DNA from: a bacterium
GTDB lineage: Bacteria; Patescibacteriota; Minisyncoccia; Phycocordibacterales; UBA2100
DNA length: 64,000 bases
Reading direction: 5' to 3'
Assembly (NCBI GenBank): GCA_009924895.1
Contig: RFQR01000002.1
Coordinates: 65,368-129,367 of the forward strand
A model generated the notes under the pieces. That model was given only the letters and a program-made list of their open reading frames with translations, was not told the DNA's origin and searched no databases. Positions within the stretch are counted from its first letter, which is position 1, and each line of letters begins with the position of its first letter. The position numbers were made by a program, and so were the translations under genes. Shown in pieces: positions 1-9,929 of this stretch.

Positions 1-1317
1 GAAGTTCGCGCTGCACGCGATGGTGAAATGATGCTCGCACTCGATGATAAAGAGTACAAACTGTCGTCCACAAACATGGTGGTATCTGACAAGAATGCTG
101 ACGTCGCAGTCGGTATTGCAGGAGTCAAAGGAGGTAAGCCTGCTGCAATTACTGAAAGTACCAAAGATATCATTATCGAATGTGCAAATTTCGATGGTCC
201 CTCGGTTCGCAAGACTTCTCGCGCGCTCAATCTGCGTACTGACGCATCGCAGAGATTCGAACAAGTTATTTCTCCAGAGATGACGCTTTGGAGTATGGCA
301 GATGCAATCGCGCTCATTCTTGAATTAGCGGGCGGTGAATTTGTGGGTATTGCTGATAACTATCCTGAACTACAGCAAAAAACTTCTGTTTCAGTTACGC
401 TTGAGCACATAAACAAAGTGCTTGGCGTGACTCTGAGTGTGGCGCAAGTTTCAGATGTGTTTTCACGACTGCTATTTTCAGTTACTGAAAAAAATAGGAA
501 ATGGACTGTGCATATCCCGCCGGAGAGAATTGACCTCACTATTCCAGAAGATTTGATCGAAGAAGTAGGCCGAATCATTGGGTACGAAACGATTACTCCC
601 GTTGAATTGCCTGATTTAAATCGAACCGTGATTTTGAATGACCGCTATGCACGTAATGAGCAGATTCGCGCGTTTCTTATTGGGCAGGGTTTTACTGAAG
701 TCTTTACGAGTGTATTTGCAGACAAGGGCGAACGGGTCGTTCTCAATAAAGTGGACGGCGTACGTCCGTATTTGCGCGATACCCTCAAAGAGGGACTCAA
801 AGAAGCGCTCGAGCGCAACATTCGCAACAAAGAATTGCTCGGTTTATCGCAAGTAAAACTATTTGAAATTGGTACGGTGTGGCGCAAGGAGCAAGAAGAA
901 ATGACGTATGACATCGCCGTCGAAAAAGTAAAAAAGCAAAAGACTGAAGATGAGTACCGCGTTGAGCTAGAGCAATTTGTGAAGTCACTTCCAGAACACG
1001 CAGATGCTTACCCTGAGCAGCAATTCACCACCACGGAGCATTTTCAGCATTTCTCTAAATATCCGTATGTCGTTCGTGATATTTCTCTGTGGGTGAGCCC
1101 GCAATCTGATGCAGAGAGTGTCATCCGAAATGCCCCTGATAATTCTTTGGTGCAATACTTTGCACGTTTAGATCGATTTGAAAAAGAGGGGAGAGTTTCT
1201 GAGCTCTATCGTTTTGTATTTCAATCATTCGAAAAGACTCTCACCGATGAGGAAGTAAACGCCGAAATGCAAAAGGTGTATGACGCTGTAAAAGCAAGGG
1301 GATGGGAGGTGCGTTGA
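1..1317 (+). CDS. pheT: Phenylalanine--tRNA ligase beta subunit (5'-truncated by window)
   Basis: Frame is open from base 1. B3/4 motifs IAGVKGG, IIIECANFD and RTDASQRFE; B5 motif RIDLTIPEDLIEEVGRIIGY; C-terminal FDX-ACB (SKYPYVVRDIS...EKTLTDEEV). Confidence 0.95.
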   Translation, partial: EVRAARDGEMMLALDDKEYKLSSTNMVVSDKNADVAVGIAGVKGGKPAAITESTKDIIIECANFDGPSVRKTSRALNLRTDASQRFEQVISPEMTLWSMADAIALILELAGGEFVGIADNYPELQQKTSVSVTLEHINKVLGVTLSVAQVSDVFSRLLFSVTEKNRKWTVHIPPERIDLTIPEDLIEEVGRIIGYETITPVELPDLNRTVILNDRYARNEQIRAFLIGQGFTEVFTSVFADKGERVVLNKVDGVRPYLRDTLKEGLKEALERNIRNKELLGLSQVKLFEIGTVWRKEQEEMTYDIAVEKVKKQKTEDEYRVELEQFVKSLPEHADAYPEQQFTTTEHFQHFSKYPYVVRDISLWVSPQSDAESVIRNAPDNSLVQYFARLDRFEKEGRVSELYRFVFQSFEKTLTDEEVNAEMQKVYDAVKARGWEVR

Positions 1318-1373
1318 CCTCATGACTCGTTCAGTCTAAAGTTCAACCTAGTTGCAACGACCACGCACGGAGG

Positions 1374-1805
1374 TTGGTCATGACAGAGTGTCTCCATGTC
1401 AAATGCGCACGACTACACCGAATGGTGACGGCAAAATTCAATCAGGGGCTGCGACCGTTTCGGATCACGATTCAGCAATTCGTAATCCTCAAGCATATTG
1501 CCGAATATCCAGACTGCACACCGTGCGCGGTGCATATTGGCAAAGCGTATCACATTGAGAAATCGACCCTGAGTCGCAATCTCAAGCGTCTCGTCAGCTC
1601 CAATTTGATAAGCATGGATCCACCCGCGGGGCGGCGCGGCAGAGGACTGCACATCACCGACAGTGGTCGGGCCGTGCTTGCACAAGCAACACCTGCCTGG
1701 CAGGCGACAAACACTCATCTTCTCGCAATGGTGAGGAGTCAGACAGGCAGCTTGCTCTCCGTTATCGGCGATGCCGAAGATGCCCTTTTGAGAGCAATCG
1801 CCTGA
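1374..1805 (+). CDS. MarR-family transcriptional regulator
   Basis: ITIQQFVIL...IEKSTLSRNLKRL...GRRGRGLHITDSGR winged-HTH pattern; GGAGG RBS. Confidence 0.85.
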   Translation: MVMTECLHVKCARLHRMVTAKFNQGLRPFRITIQQFVILKHIAEYPDCTPCAVHIGKAYHIEKSTLSRNLKRLVSSNLISMDPPAGRRGRGLHITDSGRAVLAQATPAWQATNTHLLAMVRSQTGSLLSVIGDAEDALLRAIA

Positions 1806-1809
1806 CAGC

Positions 1810-1845
1810 GGCGCCTGGGTTTTGCGACCCGGGCGCCGTTTTCCT
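1810..1845 (+). terminator. Rho-independent terminator-like hairpin
   Basis: GGCGCCTGGGT-TTTGCG-ACCCGGGCGCC followed by a T-run. Confidence 0.65.
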
Positions 1846-1879
1846 TTGGCAGGGTCTTTTGATATACTACCCCCTACGT

Positions 1880-3925
1880 ATGGCCGAAAAGAAATCACCC
1901 CCCTCAAAACCAACTAAAACGAGTTCGAGCTCGTACGGAGCTGAGCAGATTACCGTACTCGAAGGTCTCGAGGCGGTTCGTCGCCGCCCGGGCATGTACA
2001 TCGGTACGACTGGTCTTTCAGGCCTTCATCATCTTATTTGGGAAGTCTTTGACAACTCACGCGATGAGGCGATGGGAGGACACTGTAATGATATTGAAGT
2101 ATGTCTCTTACCTGACGGTTCTATCCGCGTTGCCGATAATGGTCGTGGTATCCCGGTAGAAATCCATCCTAAAACTAAAGTCTCCACTCTTGAAACGGTT
2201 ATGACCGTTCTCCACGCGGGAGGTAAATTTGGGGGAGAAGGGTACAAAGTCTCCGGCGGTCTTCACGGTGTTGGTGTCTCGGTAGTAAATGCACTCTCAA
2301 GTAAAGTGCGCGCTGAAATTCATCGCGATGGTGGCAAGTTTGAGCAGGAGTATAAAAACGGCGGTAAGCCGGTGGGAAAAACGAAAAAAATCGCCGCCTC
2401 AAAAGCGCATGGCACTATTATTACCTTTTTGCCTGATCCAGAAATCTTCCCTGATCGCACGTTCAACTTTGACACGATCGTCTCGCATTTGCGCCAGCAA
2501 GCATATCTCGTTCGGGGTCTGCGTATTTCAATAATCGACTTTCGTGATGCAAAAGAGGTCGATGATGTCGGTGTATTTTATATGCGAGAGCTCGGTGTCG
2601 ATGCGCCCTCGATGAGTTTCTATTTTGAAGGCGGTCTTGCATCCTTGGTTGCGTTTCAAAACAAACATCTCGAGCCAATCCACAAAAGCATTTTCTATGT
2701 TGAGAAAGAAAAAGATAGCGTGCAGGTAGAAGTCTCGCTTCAGTATGTCGATGACATGTCATCCCGCATCAGTGCATTTGCAAACAATATCTATAATGCA
2801 GAAGGTGGTACGCACGTAACCGGTTTCAAAACAGCGCTTACGCGTACTCTCAATCAGAAAAATGGCGGTGGGAAAGAAAGCGATTCGTTTACGGGCGATG
2901 ACGTTCTTGAAGGACTCACTGCAGTTGTATCGGTAAAATTGCGTGAAATTCAATTTGAGGGTCAGACCAAGGGCAAGCTTGGCTCAGTCGAGGCGCGTGG
3001 TGCAACCGAGGCAGTATTTGGTGAAGCGTTTGCGGCATTCCTCGAGGAACATCCTGATGAGGCCCGCGCAATAATTGGTAAAGCAGCACTCGCAATGAAA
3101 GCGCGCAAAGCGGCAAAGGCAGCAAAAGACAGTATCTTGCGCAAAGGTGCGCTCGACGGACTGTCACTTCCTGGTAAGTTAGCTGACTGCCAAACGAAAC
3201 ATGCAGAAGAAGGGGAGCTTTTTATTGTCGAGGGAGATTCTGCTGGCGGCACCGCAAAAACGGGTCGCGACCGCCGTACACAGGCAATTCTTCCGCTGCG
3301 TGGAAAGATTTTGAATATCGAACGAGCTCGCATCGACAAGATGCTCGCGTCTGAACAGATCAAAAATCTCGTCATTGCTCTCGGCACGGCAATTGGCGAC
3401 GTATTCGACATTACGAAACTGCGGTACCATAAAATCATCATTGCAACCGATGCCGACGTTGATGGTGCTCACATTCGCACGCTGCTTCTTACGCTTTTGT
3501 ATCGCCACTTTCGTCCGGTGGTTGATGGTGGGTTTCTTTATATCGCGCAACCGCCGCTCTATAAAATAAAGAAAGGTAAAGAAGTCTTTTATGCATTCAC
3601 CGATGCGGAGCGCATAAAAATTACAGGGAAAGATGTTCCTATCCAAACTGAATCAGAAGAAGTGCCTGAAGAAGAGGTGGGAGAGAGTGAGGAGACCAAA
3701 AAAGCTCCGAAACTCTCGGTGCAACGCTACAAAGGTTTAGGTGAAATGAACGCAGAAGAATTGTGGGAGACGACGATGGACCCTGCGCGCCGCATGTTGA
3801 AGCAGGTGCGAATCGAAGACGCACAAGATGCTGATGTTGTGTTTGATATGCTCATGGGTACCGATGTCCCGGCACGCAAATCATTCATCCAATCACACGC
3901 AAAAGAGGCGAATCTTGATATTTAG
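1880..3925 (+). CDS. gyrB: DNA gyrase subunit B
   Basis: LEGLEAVRRRPGMYIG, GGLHGVGVSVVNALS, VEGDSAGG, PLRGKILN, TDADVDG, QRYKGLGEMN. Start taken as ATG 1880, downstream of TATACT. Confidence 0.97.
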   Translation: MAEKKSPPSKPTKTSSSSYGAEQITVLEGLEAVRRRPGMYIGTTGLSGLHHLIWEVFDNSRDEAMGGHCNDIEVCLLPDGSIRVADNGRGIPVEIHPKTKVSTLETVMTVLHAGGKFGGEGYKVSGGLHGVGVSVVNALSSKVRAEIHRDGGKFEQEYKNGGKPVGKTKKIAASKAHGTIITFLPDPEIFPDRTFNFDTIVSHLRQQAYLVRGLRISIIDFRDAKEVDDVGVFYMRELGVDAPSMSFYFEGGLASLVAFQNKHLEPIHKSIFYVEKEKDSVQVEVSLQYVDDMSSRISAFANNIYNAEGGTHVTGFKTALTRTLNQKNGGGKESDSFTGDDVLEGLTAVVSVKLREIQFEGQTKGKLGSVEARGATEAVFGEAFAAFLEEHPDEARAIIGKAALAMKARKAAKAAKDSILRKGALDGLSLPGKLADCQTKHAEEGELFIVEGDSAGGTAKTGRDRRTQAILPLRGKILNIERARIDKMLASEQIKNLVIALGTAIGDVFDITKLRYHKIIIATDADVDGAHIRTLLLTLLYRHFRPVVDGGFLYIAQPPLYKIKKGKEVFYAFTDAERIKITGKDVPIQTESEEVPEEEVGESEETKKAPKLSVQRYKGLGEMNAEELWETTMDPARRMLKQVRIEDAQDADVVFDMLMGTDVPARKSFIQSHAKEANLDI

Positions 3926-3926
3926 T

Positions 3927-4916
3927 ATGGGGATTGATGGTCCGGAGAGGAGGGGACCAAATAGACGACATGTCCTTTTTGGACTTGGTGCAATGGGCGC
4001 TGCGGCGGCGCTGCCTAACGCCGCCGCAGCGCGTGAGTTCATCTCAAACGAGCAGGCAGCAAAACTTGTCGCACTGTTTCAACAGAATTTTTCAGCGAAC
4101 GGTGCGCGTACCAAAGAGTTTGAGCGAAAAAATCTCAGTGCTGAAATTGTCCTGAACTGTTTTGATGATATGCAACGTCTTGCCGACGCGCTCAATGAGG
4201 AACAGACCCGAGGAGGGTATCCAGCCCTTACTCGTTTTGTGTCACGGAAAGCTCCTTATGGCGTCTTTGTGCGACGAAACGGAACAAGTAACGCAGTAGA
4301 ACATAATGGTTTTTATGCAGTAGTTGATGGCAACTGCGAGGAGATAAATGCGCGGCATACTATCTTGACCGACGGATACAAAATAAGTGCCGGGGACGTT
4401 GCAACACGCACTCTTTCTCCTGAAGAGGTGGAGAAGCGTGGTATTGCAATGGAGCGCTTACCACGTTATTGCGATACTGCATCGTATGCAGGTCATGTGG
4501 GAGCGATTCACGGTACGCTCAATAACGGAGAAAGGTATATGGCGCACTCACCCCTAGTGAAGGTAACCGAATCGCTTCTCGCACTACTGTTTCCAAACGG
4601 CGTGCCCGCGAGCAAAACCGCCTCTTCCGAGGAAAAACGCCGAGAACTTTTGAACTCGTATGTTTTTATGCTACCGCGGCACCTTAATCGCACGTCTGTA
4701 GACGCTATCATTGAACGTAAAGGGCGCATGTCGGGCTCATTTGTGGGCGTACAGAACCCCGAGACTTCAGAGCTGGAGCCCGTAGGCCCGCTGCACTACA
4801 CTGTGGCTGTTTCAGGAGGCAAGGAAACATACACGTTGTGCTTTGTGGCAACGGAAAAAACAGTGCTTGATACGGTGCGCGCCGTAGTGGTTCCCGCGAC
4901 GACGGTGAAATTGTAA
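3927..4916 (+). CDS. Hypothetical exported protein with twin-arginine-like leader; possible trypsin-like fold
   Basis: ATG 1 nt after the gyrB stop. NRRHVLFGLGAMGAAAAL..AAA signal; INARH / GDVA / GRMSGS motifs. Confidence 0.55.
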   Translation: MGIDGPERRGPNRRHVLFGLGAMGAAAALPNAAAAREFISNEQAAKLVALFQQNFSANGARTKEFERKNLSAEIVLNCFDDMQRLADALNEEQTRGGYPALTRFVSRKAPYGVFVRRNGTSNAVEHNGFYAVVDGNCEEINARHTILTDGYKISAGDVATRTLSPEEVEKRGIAMERLPRYCDTASYAGHVGAIHGTLNNGERYMAHSPLVKVTESLLALLFPNGVPASKTASSEEKRRELLNSYVFMLPRHLNRTSVDAIIERKGRMSGSFVGVQNPETSELEPVGPLHYTVAVSGGKETYTLCFVATEKTVLDTVRAVVVPATTVKL

Positions 4917-4917
4917 C

Positions 4918-5874
4918 TTAAAACGCCATCGAAGCAGTATTGTTTCCGGTACGAGCGTCCGAACCATATGGCAGCACGGTTACCGAAATGATGCCGCCGA
5001 TTGCACGGTCGAATTGCAAAGTATTAACCATATATGAACCAGGTGAGAGCGGCGATTGTGAGGATGACTTGTATACATAGCCGGTTTCAGTCGGCAGTAC
5101 CGCACGGAAGTGATAGCGGCCACTTGTTGATCCGCCGTTATTTTTAATCTCAAAGCGAACCACGACAATTTCTTCAGGAGAATATGGAGGTCGCTCTACA
5201 AATATGCCGCTCATGCGGTCAATGACTCCGACCGAGAGGATGCGGACTGAAAGATCGGCAGGACCTGCTTGTGAGGCGCGTGTTTTTGCCGGTTTGTTTT
5301 CTGACTTTGTGGAAACAGCAACGGGTTTTGTATACGTTCCTGGCTTTTTAGCAACACCAACAGTACTCGGTTTCAGAACAAGCGAAGCGCTACCTTCGGC
5401 GCGCAAGCTTTGTGCGAGCGTACCGACTGCCTGCGCTCCAATAGTCGGCTTGAAGACAACGGAGATGGGTACTGAAGCTGTCTTTCCGCCAGCAAGAGAA
5501 GGAATGAGGGTGATTGATTTCGAGCTTGAAGCGGTAAATGCAGCGCCGCACGGGACACTCACTATCTCGCCTTCTGCGTTTGCGGTTTCAAAATGAACGC
5601 CAGGTACGCATAAATAGAGAAACGAGTATGAGCCTGCAACTTGGGGTTGGTGCACCCAGTTCAAGACGAATGGCTCGCCCGATGTTGTCTCGTCGGGTTT
5701 CATGATCCGAATGGTTTCAGTTTTGACGCTAAAGAGGGGGATGAGCGAGTCTTTTGCTACTACGAGCATATGTGCAAAACCCCACACCGCGATTGCAGCA
5801 ACAATTAAAAATCCGGCTACTGCAAGAATAGTGCCGAGAGCGCTTTCGTGTGAGTTGCTATGAGAATCTGCCAT
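4918..5874 (-). CDS. Membrane-anchored protein with C-terminal CARDB/Ig-like domain
   Basis: N-terminal TM; ADLSVRI...VRFEIKNNGG...NNTAS pattern. Confidence 0.65.
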   Translation of the reverse strand: MADSHSNSHESALGTILAVAGFLIVAAIAVWGFAHMLVVAKDSLIPLFSVKTETIRIMKPDETTSGEPFVLNWVHQPQVAGSYSFLYLCVPGVHFETANAEGEIVSVPCGAAFTASSSKSITLIPSLAGGKTASVPISVVFKPTIGAQAVGTLAQSLRAEGSASLVLKPSTVGVAKKPGTYTKPVAVSTKSENKPAKTRASQAGPADLSVRILSVGVIDRMSGIFVERPPYSPEEIVVVRFEIKNNGGSTSGRYHFRAVLPTETGYVYKSSSQSPLSPGSYMVNTLQFDRAIGGIISVTVLPYGSDARTGNNTASMAF

Positions 5875-5941
5875 AATGCCGGTATGATATAACAATTGTT
5901 ACTATTTGTCAACTAACGCACCATGCCTCATACTATAGTAT

Positions 5942-6418
5942 ATGCAATCACGTTTTATGTTCTTGGTATTAGCAGGTGTTACTGTCCTCGGGGTAGGAGC
6001 GGTACTGTTTCAGAAAGGACTTTTATCTCCGTATCATTATGAAGCTCCGCTCTCTCCTGCTACTCCTGTTTCGGAGATGCCGCAAACACGCGGTACGCTT
6101 GTGAGTATTGTTTCTCCCGCGGCTTCGTCATCGGTTAGTAAGACATTTGTAGTATCGGGTGTAGCGCCAGGATACTGGTCATTTGAAGGTAGTTTTCCGG
6201 TGCAAGTGCGCAGTAGCGCACAGGAAGTTATCGCAACGGCGGTAGCTCAACTGGAAGGCGACTGGATGACGGACAAGCAAATACCTTTTTCCGCGACTAT
6301 TGATTTGGGAACTTCCACCTACCAGGGTCCGGCGATGCTGATACTCATGAAAGATAATCCTTCTGGGTTGCCGGAGAATGAAGATTCGGTTTCGATGCCC
6401 CTTATTATTCAATACTAA
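5942..6418 (+). CDS. Gmad2-type immunoglobulin-like domain protein
   Basis: N-terminal TM; VSGVAPGYWSFEGSFPV...DWMT...KDNPSGLPE. Confidence 0.75.
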   Translation: MQSRFMFLVLAGVTVLGVGAVLFQKGLLSPYHYEAPLSPATPVSEMPQTRGTLVSIVSPAASSSVSKTFVVSGVAPGYWSFEGSFPVQVRSSAQEVIATAVAQLEGDWMTDKQIPFSATIDLGTSTYQGPAMLILMKDNPSGLPENEDSVSMPLIIQY

Positions 6419-6427
6419 GTAACTGTT

Positions 6428-7156
6428 ATGAAGAATTTTTTTGCAGCGGAGATGGTACGTGCAGGTCTTACGCTCGGTATTTGCTTTGTAGTCGCGGCGT
6501 TTATCGGCTCAATGACGTTGTACAACGTTCGTGCGCTCGATAACACGTTGTCAGTTACCGGATCAGCAAAGCAATCAGCTGAAGCAGATTCCGCCAAATG
6601 GACAGTTTCGGTAACGCGTACTGCATATGAGGCAGACGTTCCCGATACTCAGGCACGTGTGACGCGAGATACAAATACGGTTGTGGGCTTTTTTAAAGCG
6701 GCAAAAATCGATGAAAAAGATATCATCATGAGCCCCGTTTCAGTTGATCAAGACTATTCGTCCGATAACAATGCGCCGCGCAGATTCTCTGTTCGACAGC
6801 AGATTACCGTGCAATCCAAAGATGTTCGTCTCATCGAGAAGCTCGCTAAGAATATTGGCGGACTCGCACAGCAAGGAGTGCTTCTTTCGGCAGGTACTCC
6901 AGAGTACTATGTGACGACGCTTCCTGAGCTTCGTATTTCTCTCATTGGTAAGGCAATAGAAGATGCAAAGAAGCGCGCAGAAAGTATCGCTGCCTCAACA
7001 GGACAGAAAGTTGGTCCGCTTAAATCGTCCTCGGGCGGCGTGGTGCAAGTCTTGTCACCGAATTCTATCGAAGTGTCTGACTACGGGTCATATGACACCC
7101 AGACAATACAAAAAGAGGTGATGGTGACAGCTCGTGCAGTATTTCTTTTGAAATAG
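6428..7156 (+). CDS. SIMPL (DUF541) domain protein
   Basis: N-terminal TM; LSVTGSA..AD, AIEDAKKRAESIA..TG..VG, KEVMVTARAVF. Confidence 0.85.
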   Translation: MKNFFAAEMVRAGLTLGICFVVAAFIGSMTLYNVRALDNTLSVTGSAKQSAEADSAKWTVSVTRTAYEADVPDTQARVTRDTNTVVGFFKAAKIDEKDIIMSPVSVDQDYSSDNNAPRRFSVRQQITVQSKDVRLIEKLAKNIGGLAQQGVLLSAGTPEYYVTTLPELRISLIGKAIEDAKKRAESIAASTGQKVGPLKSSSGGVVQVLSPNSIEVSDYGSYDTQTIQKEVMVTARAVFLLK

Positions 7157-7159
7157 TGT

Positions 7160-7528
7160 ATGGACGGAGGCGGTGAAATGAGAAAAATATCTGACTTCAA
7201 GACTCCTGAATCTGTGCGCAAGTTGTTGCGCACAAGAATCGAGCAAGCGCAAAACGTGCTTGCGCAACTGAAATTACATCAAAAAGAGCTCTGGTCCACT
7301 GATCGGAAAGATAACGCACGGTATCTCGCCCTCTTTGTACATCAATTAGAATTTGATGTTCTTCCATCTGCCCACACAAATCTTTCCGAAAGTAAATCAC
7401 ACGAAGAGCTGACACGTAGTGTCAAGGGCATAAACGATGTGTTTTCCCAGCTCTCAGCTATGGGGTATACACTTGATTGGGGCACTGGACCTGCCCCGGA
7501 ACCACACCGTCTCGACAATGCAGTATAG
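7160..7528 (+). CDS. Hypothetical protein
   Basis: Fills the gap between SIMPL and nth in the same orientation; no motif recognised. Confidence 0.55.
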   Translation: MDGGGEMRKISDFKTPESVRKLLRTRIEQAQNVLAQLKLHQKELWSTDRKDNARYLALFVHQLEFDVLPSAHTNLSESKSHEELTRSVKGINDVFSQLSAMGYTLDWGTGPAPEPHRLDNAV

Positions 7529-8159
7529 CCAGAGCGAAAGTAGGGCCAGAGATATTGTCGCGTATCTCAAAAAAACATACCCGGTACCAAAAAGTGAGCT
7601 GCATTACAAAACACCGTTTCAATTTTTGGTTGCAGTCATGCTTTCGGCGCAATGTACTGACAAAGCAGTGAATAAAACCACGGCCACGCTCTTTCAGAAG
7701 TACAAAACGGTAAAAGACTTTGCTGACGCAGATCCAAAGACATTTGAAAAAGAAATTTCTTCTATCACTTTTTTTAGAAACAAGGCACGGCACGTGCGCG
7801 AGACAGCGCAGATAATTTTGGAACAGTGTGGTGGTAAAGTGCCAAAGACTGAAAAAGAATTGGTAATGCTTCGAGGGGTTGCATACAAGACTGCGCATGT
7901 TGTTTTGGGCGAGCTATTCAACATTTATGAAGGTATCCCGACGGACACGCATGTAAAGCGTTTTGCTAAACGTTTCAGACTCACCAAACACGACGATCTC
8001 AAAAAGATTTCTAAAGATCTCGAATCTCTCATCCCCAAACAAGATTGGAAGTATGTAAATAATGGACTCGTCTTGTATGGTCGTTATATTTGTCCCGCGC
8101 ACCCCCATGATTGCTCCGAGCACCCGCTGACAAAAATTGAACGCAGATGGGATGCGTGA
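7518..8159 (+). CDS. nth: Endonuclease III (HhH-GPD), incomplete Fe-S motif
   Basis: FLVAVMLSAQCTD, HhH LRGVAYKTA (catalytic Lys), PTDTHVKR (catalytic Asp). Confidence 0.9.
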   Translation: MQYSQSESRARDIVAYLKKTYPVPKSELHYKTPFQFLVAVMLSAQCTDKAVNKTTATLFQKYKTVKDFADADPKTFEKEISSITFFRNKARHVRETAQIILEQCGGKVPKTEKELVMLRGVAYKTAHVVLGELFNIYEGIPTDTHVKRFAKRFRLTKHDDLKKISKDLESLIPKQDWKYVNNGLVLYGRYICPAHPHDCSEHPLTKIERRWDA

Positions 8160-8469
8160 AAGGTGGCACCTTGCTCATGTAACCTTGCACTTACTTTCTT
8201 ACTCACCGCAATCAATATATAGTGAGAAAAAGTGTCCTTCTTACTTCATTTTTCATATGTACCATCTTATGTCCGACCGGACACAGTATGGTACATGGTG
8301 TTACAAGGGAAAAACCCCATGATCCGCCTGAATAAGCACGGTGAGACCGTGCTTACACAGTCGGAACGAAACTAGTGCATTACGAACTACGTCTCTACAC
8401 TCTGGTACCAAGATTCTTTGAACGGTACTGCACCTCGAAAGGGGTGCGGCTCTCTGGTATGATGCTGAC

Positions 8470-9927
8470 ATGGCAGAAGCAGATATTCGGGCAGACAGGC
8501 TCAAAAAATTAGACATATTAAAGAGCTCAGGAATGAGCGCTTTTCCTGTAGAAACTGACCGCACAATTGATGTTGCAGGTTTCGTACAGCATTTCGAAGA
8601 ATCAGAAAAGAAAGGTGATACGCACATTCTTGCTGGGCGTGTTATGTCTCGCCGTGGGCAGGGTGGCATCATGTTTGCTGATCTCTTTGATGGCAGTGCC
8701 CGCACGCAAGTGGTCTTACAAAAGGCAGAAATGGATGAGCAGTTGTTCACACTCTTTGCAGACACCGTTGATGCGGGTGATTTTGTTGAAATCACGGGGA
8801 AGGCATATCTCACAAAGCGTGGTGAAAAATCAATCTTGGTCCAGAAATGGAAAATGCTTGCAAAATCGCTCTCGCCACTCCCGAGTGAATGGTATGGCGT
8901 GAAGGACGAAGAATTGAAACTCCGTGAACGATATCTTGATATTTTGATGAACGAAGAGGTGCGAGAGATGTTTGTGCGCCGTTCAAAATTCTGGCAATCA
9001 ATTCGTAACTTCTATCTTTCGCGTGGGTTTATGGAAGTTGAAACCCCTATACTGGAAACGATGCCGGGCGGTGCAGATGCACGACCATTTGTTTCTCATC
9101 ACAATGCACTTGATATGGAGGTATATCTTCGCATTTCGACGGGAGAGTTATGGCAGAAGCGTCTCTTGGCGGCGGGCTTTCCTAAAGTGTTTGAAATTGG
9201 GCGTATTTTTAGAAACGAAGGACAATCACGCGAGCACTTGCAAGATTACACTCAGCTTGAGTCATACGAAGCATACAATGACATGCGCGGCGGGATGACG
9301 TTCATCCTGGACTTGTACCGCACGGTCGTGAAAGAGGTCTATGGTAAATACACGTTTGAAATCGGAGACCACGCAGTCGATTTTGCCGATGAGTGGAAGG
9401 TAATTGATTTCTGTACGGTAATTGAAGAGCGTTATGGTATTAATCCACTAACCTGCTCCGACAAAGAGGCGATTCAAGCAGCGCGTGATGCAAAAGTGCT
9501 TACTGATTCTGATGATAATAAAGCGCGCGCAGTTGACAGTCTTTGGAAATCAACTCGAAAGAGAATTGCAGGCCCGGCATTTCTCGTTGGCATTCCAGTC
9601 TATTTGGAACCCCTCGCAAAACGCTCAGAAGAAAATCCACTCGTTGTGGAGCGTTTCCAAGTTCTCATTGCTGGCTCTGAAGTCGGAAAAGGTTTTAGTG
9701 AACTCAATGACCCAATCGACCAACGAGAACGATTTGAGGCGCAGCAGGCGATGCGTGACGCGGGCGACGATGAAGCGCAGCGATTGGATGAAGAATATAT
9801 TCGTGCGATGGAATATGGCATGCCGCCAGCATTTGGTTTTGGCGTTTCAGAACGCCTCTTTGCGTTTCTCGAAAACCGCTCTGTGCATGAATGTCAGTTA
9901 TTCCCACTCCTGCGCCCACGGCAATAA
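8470..9927 (+). CDS. lysS: Lysine--tRNA ligase (class II)
   Basis: OB-fold (AGRVMSRRGQG), GGADARPF, FRNEG, EYGMPP..G.G. Confidence 0.96.
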   Translation: MAEADIRADRLKKLDILKSSGMSAFPVETDRTIDVAGFVQHFEESEKKGDTHILAGRVMSRRGQGGIMFADLFDGSARTQVVLQKAEMDEQLFTLFADTVDAGDFVEITGKAYLTKRGEKSILVQKWKMLAKSLSPLPSEWYGVKDEELKLRERYLDILMNEEVREMFVRRSKFWQSIRNFYLSRGFMEVETPILETMPGGADARPFVSHHNALDMEVYLRISTGELWQKRLLAAGFPKVFEIGRIFRNEGQSREHLQDYTQLESYEAYNDMRGGMTFILDLYRTVVKEVYGKYTFEIGDHAVDFADEWKVIDFCTVIEERYGINPLTCSDKEAIQAARDAKVLTDSDDNKARAVDSLWKSTRKRIAGPAFLVGIPVYLEPLAKRSEENPLVVERFQVLIAGSEVGKGFSELNDPIDQRERFEAQQAMRDAGDDEAQRLDEEYIRAMEYGMPPAFGFGVSERLFAFLENRSVHECQLFPLLRPRQ

Positions 9928-9929
9928 TC

